A stretch of DNA of 64,000 nucleotides from Trypanosoma brucei (taxonomy: Eukaryota), in the NCBI GenBank assembly GCA_000002445.1, contig CP000067.1:192001-256000 (forward strand), in the 5' to 3' direction. Position numbers and translations under genes: made by a program. The notes below the pieces were generated by a model. The model searched no databases. It was not told the origin of the DNA and worked only from the letters and a program-made list of their open reading frames with translations. Below are positions 23,101-34,300 of this stretch, one piece after another (positions within the stretch are counted from its first letter, which is position 1; each line of letters opens with the position of its first letter).

Positions 23101-24040
23101 CTTCACTCCGCAGCAAGAGTTGCGCTAACCACAACATTGCCGATTCGCACGCTTCTCTGGGAAGTAAGTGAGTTTCAATCACACTAGCCAGGCACGCCAG
23201 TGTGAGTTGGACACGCGAACTCGCCGTCCCGCTACCTGCGATCCGCTCACCAATCTGAAGTAAAGTTACCATCATATTCCTAAGAGAAGTTATATGAGTG
23301 GATGATGATGATGCACCCCCTTCTTCCGACCCGCGGCGATGTTTTCCTCCTTGTCGGTCTGGGGACAAAACACGCGGGGCGCACCACGCCCGATACGTTA
23401 AAATGCCCTCCACAACTGTGCGGAGGAGTTCGTCCCATTCGTGGTCAATGTCCAAGTGAAATAAAGCCATCAGGTGGTGATGCACCAACTGTTCCAGTGC
23501 CCTGCAATCCGTAGCACTCTTCAGTTCCTTCTGTCGCATCAATCCGATGGAATGATGGAGAACTTTACACGAAGTACGCTTGGAGCCATCCACAGCAGCA
23601 AGACAAAACTGGATCTGTTCCTCTGTGGATGGCACTACAACAGCAAGTTCACAACACTTGCTAGAAAGGGATAAACACTGCAGTACCTCCTCCTTCAACT
23701 CGCCCTCCGATGACTTCTCAAAGTGCAGTGACTCTCTTTTTTGCATGTCCACCATGGAAACCACAGTGGAAAAACATTTCCTGAAAGTATCCAATCCATT
23801 TCTCGTATCCAGAGAAAATAAAGAGCCTGAAAGCCTATCAAGTATAATAACAATCGCACGAGCAGCCATTACCATCACATCACCACTGCTGCTGCCTTTT
23901 GTCAATGCCATATCAATGGCCCTGATGAGTGGCTGCAATGGAACATCTGTCGAGTCTCCTGCAATAATAAGAAGCGTGCAAAGATCTGAAAGCAGGTCAT
24001 ATGGGGCCCGCGATGGCGTGACATCAAGGGATAGAAACAT
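20180..24040 (-). CDS. HECT-type E3 ubiquitin ligase (1286 aa) with an internal ZZ-type zinc finger
   Basis: ATG at 24038-24040. The C-terminal 350 aa is a HECT domain ending ...LPSCNTCFLYFKLPPYSTRKIMKERLLVAITEGRRNF. Residues about 687-730 are CPNGHALRVHFSVNWRCDSCAFANAFGSLACRDCNYDLCSNCVDEK, matching the ZZ signature (CxxC...CxDYDLCxxC). Confidence 0.8.
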   Translation of the reverse strand: MFLSLDVTPSRAPYDLLSDLCTLLIIAGDSTDVPLQPLIRAIDMALTKGSSSGDVMVMAARAIVIILDRLSGSLFSLDTRNGLDTFRKCFSTVVSMVDMQKRESLHFEKSSEGELKEEVLQCLSLSSKCCELAVVVPSTEEQIQFCLAAVDGSKRTSCKVLHHSIGLMRQKELKSATDCRALEQLVHHHLMALFHLDIDHEWDELLRTVVEGILTYRAWCAPRVLSPDRQGGKHRRGSEEGGASSSSTHITSLRNMMVTLLQIGERIAGSGTASSRVQLTLACLASVIETHLLPREACESAMLWLAQLLLRSEVRSASFSNPFNSGSDSVAVNAEQPWIDSTPTLPNLRWVVPSLLWSALVLLAKLCGANFNFQSEYIWAWRGRDDEYHLYIKKVRRRLTTMYFSAERSRIVAPGRHVIDLQTMTDNFAHGDTASRVHFQPIPCAISFDGGLAIPTRGMMLKKKVCAAVQDALRPLSFGHTQVASLARSIRFYIICSGDPTNTMDVITAFCSLPADQKEPTVGEICATLLKRDKRWASVLQEAGVADTPAAECLARDGGKKNRIESSTSEVKRGADCLREVQRSPGNVLAFLRTTSSSELLAFVQGLEKSPYGEEQMMALCEEMKKDDVLASRMRTVAQTYVLRVLHHTASCKPVGEDLAERVRSTSYTVNICSAGDRIKGKGAPRCPNGHALRVHFSVNWRCDSCAFANAFGSLACRDCNYDLCSNCVDEKLSRMETNSSAVVGDVIQSWKALKLKRSPSTSSTSSQKRKSGCSGNAGEVMLFTSSGVVPASRPVSLLEGNDVHIAPVGGECRCCIPCPPFVACSAAHNIAEHSSLRVFLHTFLATRPQRWVDTAVELSIVNALESRGEDIFLSGVSGIPSRVVLILQEVAPYISLAFKRNMAHFLAVGCCRFGLYHLQDVGVNVRGTVTGSIASNGLAFKVTVKRNTESITNTLYKVFLEYPTLRNKVEFNFEGEEGTGEGPTQELYAELSRRYRSMSELWHHRDDGVCIAFPSMQQVHPKRFFVLGASCGRAFADGYTMDISLLPVVWPLIRSQTPSVEVLWHLLEEVEPALANSYKCVLQATDAELEQMGLEDEETGEALTVSTAKFYVEKCVERRLTNAVSNLHWFARGLASVVDLDAFWFFTDDEMSAIICGFSAEDSEEKLFSEEALRAAVMEAHGYSTGSQEVETFISLVGDEFTREQQQLFIEFLTGCPQLPLNGLDGLGRKITVVRKELEGRGEQTLPSCNTCFLYFKLPPYSTRKIMKERLLVAITEGRRNFSLS
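21851..21982 (-). other. ZZ-type zinc-finger module inside the HECT ligase
   Basis: The WRCDSC...CRDCNYDLCSNC motif mapped by residue count from the 24040 start. Confidence 0.55.
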
Positions 24041-24684
24041 ATGGAACGAGATATACTCGTCAATGATTAATTCCCCACCCTCAACCTTGCTTTTCGACTT
24101 CTTTAGCTTCTTCTTATTTTAAAAAAAAATAAAAAAACTTCCCCTCCCTTATGTTCGAGATCTTACTTAAGAGGAGACACAACACCTCACACTATTGCCT
24201 GGAGTCACTTAAATTATTTTTATTTTTGAAAAAAAAAAGGAGAAAAAAAAGGTCAGTGCAGTCGATGTGTTCACTCGTCCAAAAATTAAAAGAAGAATCA
24301 GTGATAAGAGAGGGGGGAAAAGAAGGGAAAATACATCTGGAAGGGAAAATGGAGCAGCAGACGATGTAAAACTTCCTCAGCACTACACGCCACAGCATCC
24401 CCAACAAGAAGAATCCAACATTAGAAACAATAGGGAGGAGGAAAACACACACACACACACACACAATCCACTCTGCAGCAAACCATTCATTGATAACACA
24501 ACGTTATCACTTCCACACGCATAAAATACACACCAAACAGTAATAATAGTAATAATAATAATAATAATAATCATCATCATCATACAAACCAAACAAAACC
24601 ATATCAAATCAAAAAAAGTTTTTTTGTTTCAGCAACCTCCAATCACCCTCAATCCAAATCCGCAGTCGCTTGCATAAACCCCCG

Positions 24685-24942
24685 TCAGTTATGCGTAAAT
24701 ATTTTCCAACCGAGCCAACTGAAATATGCGGCAACAACAATTACCGGTGGCACAAGAGGAGGAATGAGCGCACGATACCACATCGGGTCCATCACTGAGC
24801 GCTCACTTCGTTCAATAGGGCGATTAAGACATTCCCACATGCATAAAACAAACCATAAGACGCCCGCCCATGCGGTTATCAATGAGGGCCAACCAAGTAA
24901 AAAGCACTTTAGTGGTTGATTCCTGTAGTCCAGGGCATACAT
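24685..24942 (-). CDS. Candidate small (about 85 aa) two-TM membrane protein, not previously noted
   Basis: Same-strand ORF in the HECT-upstream spacer. The first ATG at 24940-24942 gives MYALDYRNQPLKCFLLGWPSLITAWAGVLWFVLCMWECLNRPIERSERSVMDPMWYRALIPPLVPPVIVVAAYFSWLGWKIFTHN: two clean hydrophobic helices separated by a charged loop and no low-complexity content. It could still be chance. Confidence 0.25.
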   Translation of the reverse strand: MYALDYRNQPLKCFLLGWPSLITAWAGVLWFVLCMWECLNRPIERSERSVMDPMWYRALIPPLVPPVIVVAAYFSWLGWKIFTHN

Positions 24943-26134
24943 ACAATTTGTAAGATCCGTAACTAACAGCACTAATACGAGAAACGGGAGAAATAAAATA
25001 AAATAAAATAAAAAGGAGGGGATGAAGATGACAAGGGAAACAAGTCACTCCAAGTACTCGACCACTACCTGATCCGCTTTTTTTTCTTCTTTTGTCGTTT
25101 CTTATTTACGTTCTATCTGCAGTATCTATTTTATGGTGTTTTCCTTTTTTAAGAAAATAATATGTTACCTATGTGAGAGAAATAAATAAACTGAAAAAAA
25201 GTTACTCCAGCTTCAACGTCGCCGCAACTCGTTCTGGTGAACGAGACACTGCTTGCCGCAACTACCAGAAGCAACACATAACATATATATGGAGGAGGAA
25301 AATGTTTTTTTTTTCAAAAAAAAGGACCAATTTCCCGCACGCAACAAAAAAAAAAACAAAGAGAAAAGAAGGAGGAAAATTCGGGGACAAGCAAAAAACA
25401 GGTTCTGCAAACAGTCAAACATTCGGGAAATAGAGAAGAACAAAAAAAGGAAACCGCATGAAAGATGTGAGGGTAGTAATGATTTTCTTTTTTTTTTTTT
25501 GCAAAGCAAAAAAAAAGAGACGCACCCCACCAAAACAAAAGAAAAAAGAAAATGAAATCCACCGCGCAGTAGCAAGGGCCCTCGTCCAGTTTTTATAGCC
25601 ATCAATCACAACGCCACACCAAAGAAAAACTCGACATTTATGCGAAATTCGCCACCCCATTTACTTGCAAACACCTGTGCACGCATGCAAAAATGTTTAG
25701 ATATATAAACAAAAGTTTATCCGAACCTCAACGTATTTGTGTAAATAGATATGAGCACGAAGGTATTTGTGTCTATGAACTGGTTTGTTCCGTCTAGCGT
25801 AAAGCACACATGTAGAAAATTAAGCAAAAATCGGTTACCGCCCAATATCTCGAACCCACAATCCCCCACCTGATAACGAAAGGCTAAAAAGAAAAAAAAA
25901 ACACACACACACACGCAGAAATATCACCAACCCACGCAACACTAGGAACGAAACCAAAAAGAAAAAAGAAAATAGGGGTGTAATAAACGTGAGGCGAACA
26001 GACGTACGTAACCGTAATTCTTTTTGTTTGTTTTTCTTGCTATTGCTATTGTTTGTCTTCTCTCTTCCCTTTTTAATGTTTCTATTCGTGAAAAAAAAAA
26101 ATAGAATATATTTCCTTCTCACCTTTCTATTGTT

Positions 26135-26797
26135 TTAAAATAACTGGGCTCGCCTTGATGGCTTACTCACTTTACTAAACAATGGGGTGTAAGCCCCTGG
26201 ACCCGGCGTCACGCCATCTATTATATCATTCCAGCGATATGGCGTGTTGTCGCGGCGCCCAGAGCGCTGTGAAGGCGCAACGTTTTTGTTCCTAATCATC
26301 AATTCCATTTCTGTACCGAGAAAATAAATTCCGTTGCACTCTGGAGGTGGAATGAAGCGCCGCTCACGAGTGAAGGTTCTGGCACGCGGGTTATCTTCCA
26401 TCAGGAAACTTCCCATCACCAGTGAGCTGTCACGGCTCCAACTGCGGCGCATGCTCTCTTTCATTTCCAAATATGGAGTTCTCTGTGCAGTCTGCTGTCG
26501 TTCCTTTTCATTGGGAATTCGAATACTGTGATCAGAAATGGGAGGCCGCGGTGGTCGCAAGGGGAGTGTTCGTTGCGATGGTTGCGAGTGCCGACGCCTA
26601 TTTTGCGTAGGACCCCGCAATGAACGTGGGCGAGAAGAACTTTGATCGGAAGCGCCGAGGATTCTCCTCCGCTGCTCTTCCAGCTCTTCACGGCGCTGCT
26701 TTAAATCATTCAACTTCTTTTGTATATCCGAAAGCTGCTTGGCGGTGTCTGCTCCAACAAAGGAATCACCATCTGAATTAGGAGATATGTTCGCCAT
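26135..26797 (-). CDS. Hypothetical protein (about 220 aa) with an N-terminal coiled-coil and a C-terminal PGPGAYTP (STPGR/SHIPPO-like) motif
   Basis: The track start is GTG; the first ATG is 26795-26797 (MANISPNSDGD...). QLSDIQKKLNDLKQRREELEEQRRRILG is heptad-like. GVTPGPGAYTP resembles the sperm-tail PG-rich repeat. Confidence 0.4.
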   Translation of the reverse strand: MANISPNSDGDSFVGADTAKQLSDIQKKLNDLKQRREELEEQRRRILGASDQSSSRPRSLRGPTQNRRRHSQPSQRTLPLRPPRPPISDHSIRIPNEKERQQTAQRTPYLEMKESMRRSWSRDSSLVMGSFLMEDNPRARTFTRERRFIPPPECNGIYFLGTEMELMIRNKNVAPSQRSGRRDNTPYRWNDIIDGVTPGPGAYTPLFSKVSKPSRRAQLF

Positions 26798-27001
26798 CAG
26801 ATTAGTCACGTAACCTTCTTTTTCCCCTCCCTGCTCCCTTGTCTATTCGTTCCGCAACACTTTCGTAACTGCACGGCTTCGGTACGTCTCACTTTATTAA
26901 TTCCACCAAGCAAAAACACGCGTTGGGGATCCGTAACACACCGATCCCTCAACCCTAGCGACTAAACGCAAGAAACCCAAAAAAAAAATAATGTGTGTAC
27001 A

Positions 27002-27005
<4 letters not shown>

Positions 27006-27034
<29 letters not shown>
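27006..27034. repeat. (TA)14-15 microsatellite
   Basis: tatatata... run in the TOR-kinase downstream (3'UTR/intergenic) region. Confidence 0.9.
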
Positions 27035-27037
<3 letters not shown>

Positions 27038-28372
27038 GATTGATGAGAACCTATCCTTCTAACGGAGCAAAGAATATGCTTACCACTACACTGCACGTGC
27101 GTGTTAGCAGACTTCTCTCAAGCAGTAAGAAAAAGAAAAAAAAATGGTGGAAGAAAAAAATAGTGAAGCGTACAAACGAAAGCATTTACACTTCTTCTTA
27201 TGCTGCCCCTTCATGGAAAGGCAATACTAAACAAAATACCTCCAACCTCTTATTTGCGGTCACATGTACAACCTCACCTCACGTCAACACCGCAAATCCA
27301 CAGTAATGTTCCACATGTGTGGTGAGCATTCCAGGCTGGTCAAACAAATGTGCATATGAAATGAAACGAAGAAAAAACGTCATCAACAACATCCCTCCCT
27401 CTCTTTTCTTCTTCTTTTTAAAAAAAAAATTTCCCATCCGAAACATGCAACCAATCCTTCTCTTTGAAGCATAATTCAAGAAAAATTAACAAAAAAGGGA
27501 AGGAACAAAAAAAAAAAAACAAGCGCGCCCTCACATAAGTGTTTCCTTCCACATAACTCTTTCATAGTCACCAGCATTCATCTCACTTTTTTGTCTTCTC
27601 TCTCTCTCTCTTCCCCCCCCCCAAATGCCGGATTCGCCGCTAAAACAACAATAAAAAAAAAGAGTTTTTCTCTTGAGCATTGCACCCCGCATCCCCTTTC
27701 AACGACACCAATAGGAATGGAGGAAGCCGAAAGAGGGGAATGATGATAATGAAAGTGACAAAAGAATTACGTGATGCAACGAAACTAAAAAGGAAAAAAA
27801 ACTGCACAATAAGATAATTCCGTTGTGCGTTTGAAAAATATGGTGCTTTCTCAACCACTTACACACACCAAGTCAATCACACACTTACACGCATATATGT
27901 GAGGACACAGAAATGCTATCCACACCACTTATCGCACATGTACTCATATGCCACTTTGTTGTCCCTGGCACACCTGTCCATGATTTTGTATCATTTCAAT
28001 CGGCACGGGAACATCCCTAAAAGGGAAAGGAAATGGTGAAACGTAGTGGTGGATAAAAAGAAAGAAAAAGAATAATTAGACACAGAACCCCGATAGAGAA
28101 CATGAAAAAAAAAAAGTTAGAAGCCACGAAGAGGGGGATAACACTACAGCAAAACCCCATCTCGTTCTTTTTTTTTCCAGTATCAAAGCGTTCATCCAAC
28201 ACCTGTAATCACTTTCGCTCGCTGTTTCTCCTCTATGAATTAGTGGGGCGCCAGTCTTTAGGGAAATTTTAACATGAAAAAGGGAAAAAAAAACATGATA
28301 TACCTCCTTTTCCGCGCCCCTCGTCAACACAGTGCAGTAAAACACGATGTTGCTTCTGCTCCCTGGTGTCCA

Positions 28373-31300
28373 CTACCAGAACGGTGCCCAACCAGTTATA
28401 TATGCCTCAGCAAGATTATCAAGACTTGTTGCTTCTTCAATAAGACGGTCGACTTGACTCGCTACGTTCTGCAAGTTTTCCTGATTATTAACTGTTCGGA
28501 ATGATGACCATGAAGGAAGCGCTCTGCCATCTGTCATATACACATCCCTGGACGACTCAGCAAGGCCCTGCGACCACCAGGAGAAGGGATCGTTTGGATC
28601 TTCAGAAACCTCCCGTCGAGACGGCTGCCCCGCAACCACGTGGCATCCATCGGCAAAATCTTCACCCGTCAGCTTCGCACGGACGCGGGCCAAAGCCAAG
28701 TCCCCTTGCGTGTTACGAGTTTCTTCCTCACCAGTCTGTTCTAATGTCGTTCCAGGTGCCTGCTCACGAACTTTCAAAACTGACCGCGAAAGCTGCATCG
28801 GAGGGCCATCGATGAGGCCATCTGGTTCAGCAAATGGGCTCGCTTCACCGCCTGCCACGGGGGCCTCCAATAGCGAGGCGGAATTCTCCCCTTCGGCAAC
28901 GGTCGTCAGACGCCAGTTGATGAGCGGATCGTAAATGAATGCTTCAAGAATTGAAAGGAGGTTCTCCGAGTGCCGCCGGAGGATTTTCATTACCAGTTCA
29001 CATGTCAAGCGAAAAACGCCGTCAACACCAGTGATACCCAAAGCAGGAACAAGCAAACGAGTTAATCGAAACGGCACCGCCTCGGAATACAACGAACGGT
29101 GCATAGCCACTTCAAAGCAATCACCAAAGTCAATGTGGACGACAGATCCCTTATCCTGAAGCATTAAATTATTGAGATGCCTGTCTCCCAACCCTAATAC
29201 ATATCCCACAATCGACATTATGGCCAACGTGTGGCCGTAAGTCCCCCTGTACTGCAACCAATGTTCGCACGTATCATTTTTGTCCCAAATAATACGCCGC
29301 AGTTCATCATCAGGGGTGCTGGCCATAACGTGACTTAGTAGCTGCTTCCTCTCCTGTTTGTTCCGATGATGATACTCTGTGATGTTGACTAACTTTCCCT
29401 TTTCCACTATCATGCTCACCTCTTTATAGATGGAAATATTGTGATCCTTCCGCCACCGCTCTAGCATCTTGTATATCGTTTCAGTGTTCTCCACCCACCC
29501 GATAATACCCACGTTATCGGTTAATGGAATGACAGCGTACTGGGGAATGATTAAGCCCATTGCGTTCGATAAGCTGTCCGAAGAGAATATGGTATTGATC
29601 AACTCAATAAACTGCATGACACGCTCATCCTGACGTAAATCTTCGTGTCCTTTCAGAAGAAACCGATATTTACTCCCATCTGAACCGTCTACACCGAAGC
29701 GCCGAGGCCGCTGCTTAGACGGCATAACATAAACACGAGAATGAAACTTCTGAATCGTAATGAGTTGCTGACCTAACACAAACGTACCAGGGACCGGGAC
29801 ATTGCTTTTGTTTATCTTTACAAGCGTGGGGGACAAATCATCCATCTGAAGCCGTCGTTCTCCGACTGCTTTGTGCAGTTCGCAGTAAACCTGCTTCAAG
29901 AGGACCCATGCCTCCTGCGATTCCCCTTTCTGTAGCGCTGCCCAGGCACGCCGCAGGGTTGAACCGTGAACTTTCACAAAATGCTGTTCATTGGGTGTCG
30001 ACTCCTTCTTCATCTCCTCGTAGAGGGGACGCAGGATGTTGCGGATTTCTGACACATTTTCTGGCTTCCCAGCTGCCAGTTGAATACAGTTGTGCCATTT
30101 TTCGGTCCATAAGATAGCAATTCGAACCATTTCGTTGCTGATTAGTGAAGCCTCCTCCACCATAGGGCCATTGGTGACCCGAATACCCTTAAGCACACGC
30201 TCAGCCGCCTGCCGCCGCATGACCTCGGGTGATTTCTCTGTCACAGTAAGTGGATATAGGAGAGCATGTGGGAAGTTGCTGCCGATACTCACAAGCAGAT
30301 CCGTGAGAATAGACCTTGCCTTGGCTCCCGTAATGCCTATACGCGCAACCAGTTGTGGAATAACGTTCAGCCACACGTAGCACGGGACACTTTTGATGCC
30401 CTCCTGAATTGCTTCGTTGACCTCATTCACAGTGCTGTGCGAAAACCAAATTGAGAGAATGCGAAGCACATCTTCCATCACACCATTGCTCTCCCTCCGA
30501 GACAGAGCCACGGCCTTGAACAACGCGGTAATTGACTCGATGTGATGCTTCGTTTGAGTCTCTTGCGATGTATTGGGATCACGGGACAAGTCGTAGTGTA
30601 AAATTCCAAGGGAGTGAAATGCAGCACAGTTTTCTGGACAAAGTTGCGTTGCAGTCCTCAGTGTCTCAATTGCCTTAGTTCCGCAATCAGGGAAGAGTTG
30701 AACCGTCCACTCACCGAGCAACAACCAACAGCACCCCCACGCCTCGGCACGGTTACTAGTTGCAGTTAACTGTACATTATTAAGTATATCGGAGAGTAAG
30801 GTGTAAGTCTCCTGCTTCCCTCTGGTGACATAACAGTGCTTCATGTACACATGAATTACATCAGGGTCTAAATTGGCCAACCGTGTGTTTAAGCCGTTAG
30901 GGTGAAGTAAAGTGCTTAGCGTATGGTCAGCTAGTGACGTCCAGTGATGCTTAGTTAAAGCACGCACGCAAACGACCTGCGATGGCAAATCTTCCTGGGG
31001 TGAAAGCACCAATGAATTAATGGTGATGAGTGTCTTTATATGCGCTGGTCGAGAGGACATGAGGGTGACGCGTTTATGCCACAATTCCCTTAACATCTTT
31101 CGCCGTTCACTTCCTGATTTTACAAATGACACAAGCTCCTCAAAGTGTCGCACGTGCTGTAGCTCCACCAGTGTATCGTAAGAGCGATTGTAGCTTTCTG
31201 TGAACGACTCGAAGAATGAATCAAAAAGTGACTTTCTATGCTCATCTACATAATCCAGAAGCTCTCCGTAATGTTTCTGCCGGAAGAGGGAAGCACAACG

Positions 31301-34300
31301 CTCAACCATATCTAAGCGTTCCATCACACCAGGCTGCCCAACAACTTCATCAAACTCATCCCACCTACCCAACCAGAGAGCAGCTTTGGCCTTGAGTGGA
31401 GCCACCTCAAGTTGCGCATCTCTGTCCAGTAACTCCCAGTTTGTCGCGATGAGCTCCTGCATGGTGATGGTCTCACCCAGAGCATCGTAACATCGTAGAG
31501 CACCCAGGAACGCCGAAGTGTCGAGGGTACCATCTGCAACATTCATTCGAGACTTGTAGCGAGAGAGTGCTTCACCCCACCAATTTAACTGCTCCAGAGC
31601 TCCAACCTCATCGAACCCAAACTGCTCTGGAGCGATAATATTGCTGGAGAACTTCTCCGACATCTTCTTAACGAGACCCTTCGCGACCATTGTAAGCCCC
31701 AAGTGGTTGTAGAACTCGATCAGGCGCTCCGCCACCTCTAATGCGTGCCGCACTGCAGCATTCTGCCGATCAGAAACCTGACCACTCAGTTCGCTCAGAA
31801 GTTGAGCAAAGAGGATCTCATTCAAGAATATGGCTCTGGCGTACATCTTAGAATTCAAAGCCACACGTGCTAACACATCAATATCCATCAAGCAGTCGAA
31901 GGAAAGTCCTCGCTTCCCTCCATTGGGGCATTCCAATGTTAACTCAATCCGGTTAAGCCCCTTAACAGCACCAACAACCTCGTGAGTTGTAACTAATCTC
32001 TTGCCGTTAAGAGCCAACAGTCGAGCGCCAACAGGGACACCTGCTAGAGCTCCGGGACCGCCAGGCTCCAGGTGCGACACTACAACGTCCCCACTTACTT
32101 CATCGTAGTTAATGCCGAACTTGCGCTCTTCGTTATCCCTTTCCACAACAAAAGTTAGCTTTTCCACCAAGAGTATCATTTCAGGATTTAACTTACCGCG
32201 CTCCGACTCAATAAACTCAGCGAAGTCAAAAATTGCCTGCTTGATGTCGTTGGGAGAAACCTCTAGAGCACGTGTAAAGGCTTTAATTATAACCTCTTGT
32301 TGTTGCGCGTTTAGTTTCCCAATAAACGCAGCAGCAGCAAAGGGAAAGAGATCGCGTGAAAGACCGGTATTGTCCGCAGCGAGCTGTGCTGTGCACCGCA
32401 GCGGCTGAATGGGAGAATTTTTGAGCATCACAACGGAAGTGTTATGCAGCCAAGCCATCCACGATTGTTCACGTTTCTTCTTGTTAGCCACTGGCATCCT
32501 GGATATGTTCTCGAGTAAGCTGTCATCAACCTGACAGTAACTCATGGCATTTTGGACCAGCTTTAGTATGCCCAAGTTTCGACTCAAGGTGGACTGAGAT
32601 TCCTGTGCCTTGCTCGTGAACGAACGAAAGTTAAGAAGCAAATCCTCACCCTGAACGAAGCGAAAGTAGACGACGGTGTTGCCCTCCGAGTGTGTTACGG
32701 ATATAACTTCAAAGTCATGATCCCCCAGTCGCAGGACCCTTTTCATCACCTGCTGGAAGTCCTCCTTTGATAGCGACGGCTGGTCGGAAACGAGTGTAAG
32801 GGGAAGTTCAGGGTTGAGATTGTCGTGCCCACTGAGGGGGGCACGAGCCTTCAACAAACCATCTGCTGCAGACTTTAACAAATTAGTGAACATATCCTCC
32901 GGGAGTCCACACTGCTGCACAAGACGCTGTATGGGTTTAATGAAACGCCTTGCGGGGCGCTGCACGATGCCCACAAGAAATGCAAGCGTACGGAGACCCA
33001 TCTCCATCTCATCTTGGCAATCGGATTCTTCAATGTACCAAGTAATAGTGTGAATGATTTGCGAACAAAAATCCTTCATGAGCAGAGGTTGCTTCGCCAT
33101 GATTTGGTTGAGGAACTCAAAGCAGGCCGTATTCACCTCCTTCTTCTTTAGACCGGGTACGTTCGGTGTGGCTGCGTCTGCTGGCTCAATACACCCAAGT
33201 ACATGGGGTAACAACACCTGAAAATCCCTCTCGTGCAGTATGGCTAAGAACGAGTCGAGTGACTTCACAGCGCGGACAACCAAAGCAAGATCTCTCTTAT
33301 CCTGCAGGAGCCGCTGATGGATAAACTCCACAGCCCATCGGTGGTCGCGCATTTCCTCCGGTGACAGTCCCCGACCCACTCGATCTAGCAACTCCACCAC
33401 ACCTGCATTGAGAGGTTTTTGTGAGGCCTGGGGAAGCAAACAAAAAAGCCGGACAGACTTCAAAAGTTCCAATCCTGTGCTTGCAGGGATAACGTCTTTG
33501 AACCGCTGCAAGAGAGTGGCAAGGTCAGACATTAAAAGTAAAATTACTTCGTACAGATGCACCTTCTCGGGGTCTGCAAGCCAAGCCTGCAGTTGTGGTA
33601 GGAACTGTGTGAGAAGCATCGCCTTTTGTCTTCCTGGTACCTCATGTATCATCGAATGAATGACAGAAATGACACTGGCTTGTTGTTCAACATCCGCAGA
33701 ATGCTGAAGGGTTTTCACTAACAAGTAGAGGACGATGCACGGATATCGCTCGTCCATGTGCAGATGAATACGCAGTCGTGGCTTGTAAAGGGCCAATGCA
33801 GGTGTCGCAACCTCTTCCTCCTCTGCTATCTCACCCTCTTGTAGTGCCTTCACAATGTATCTAGCCTTCGTCGGGTCGACGGCTCCAATGACACTCAGAC
33901 ACTTCATGGCAGAGTAAATCACAGCCTCACTTTCCTCCGCTTCACCACGTATAATCCGTGAGAGCGCGCGGTATACACTCACATGGGTAGATTGCTCAGT
34001 AATGGGAACAGTGGCCAAAATTGAGCAAAGTGCCTCAATTGCAGCCTTCCGCCGAGTCGACGAAGTACTCCCATTAACAATGGCAAGAACAGGCTGAATA
34101 AGTTGTTTCGCATCACAATGGTTCCGTGGACCAGAATGATCCAGAACGGCTCTCAACAGATTCAACAGTGCAACAGAAAGACTCTTTGAGACAAACGGCT
34201 GTTTTTCTAGTCTTCTTAACACTGATGTCTCAACTGTACTAGGGGACAGAAGTATCGTTCCATTTTCCGCCGCCATTTGCAGGAGAAAGGCGTGATAAAC

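Noticed and set aside
25173-25660. Overlapping ORFs on both strands in the 24.1-26.1 kb spacer
   Set aside because: Lys/Phe homopolymer peptides from poly(A) tracts. Not coding.
28076-28345. 89-aa minus-strand ORF in the TOR 3' flank
   Set aside because: No motifs and partly low-complexity. Most likely 3'UTR sequence of the TOR-like kinase mRNA.
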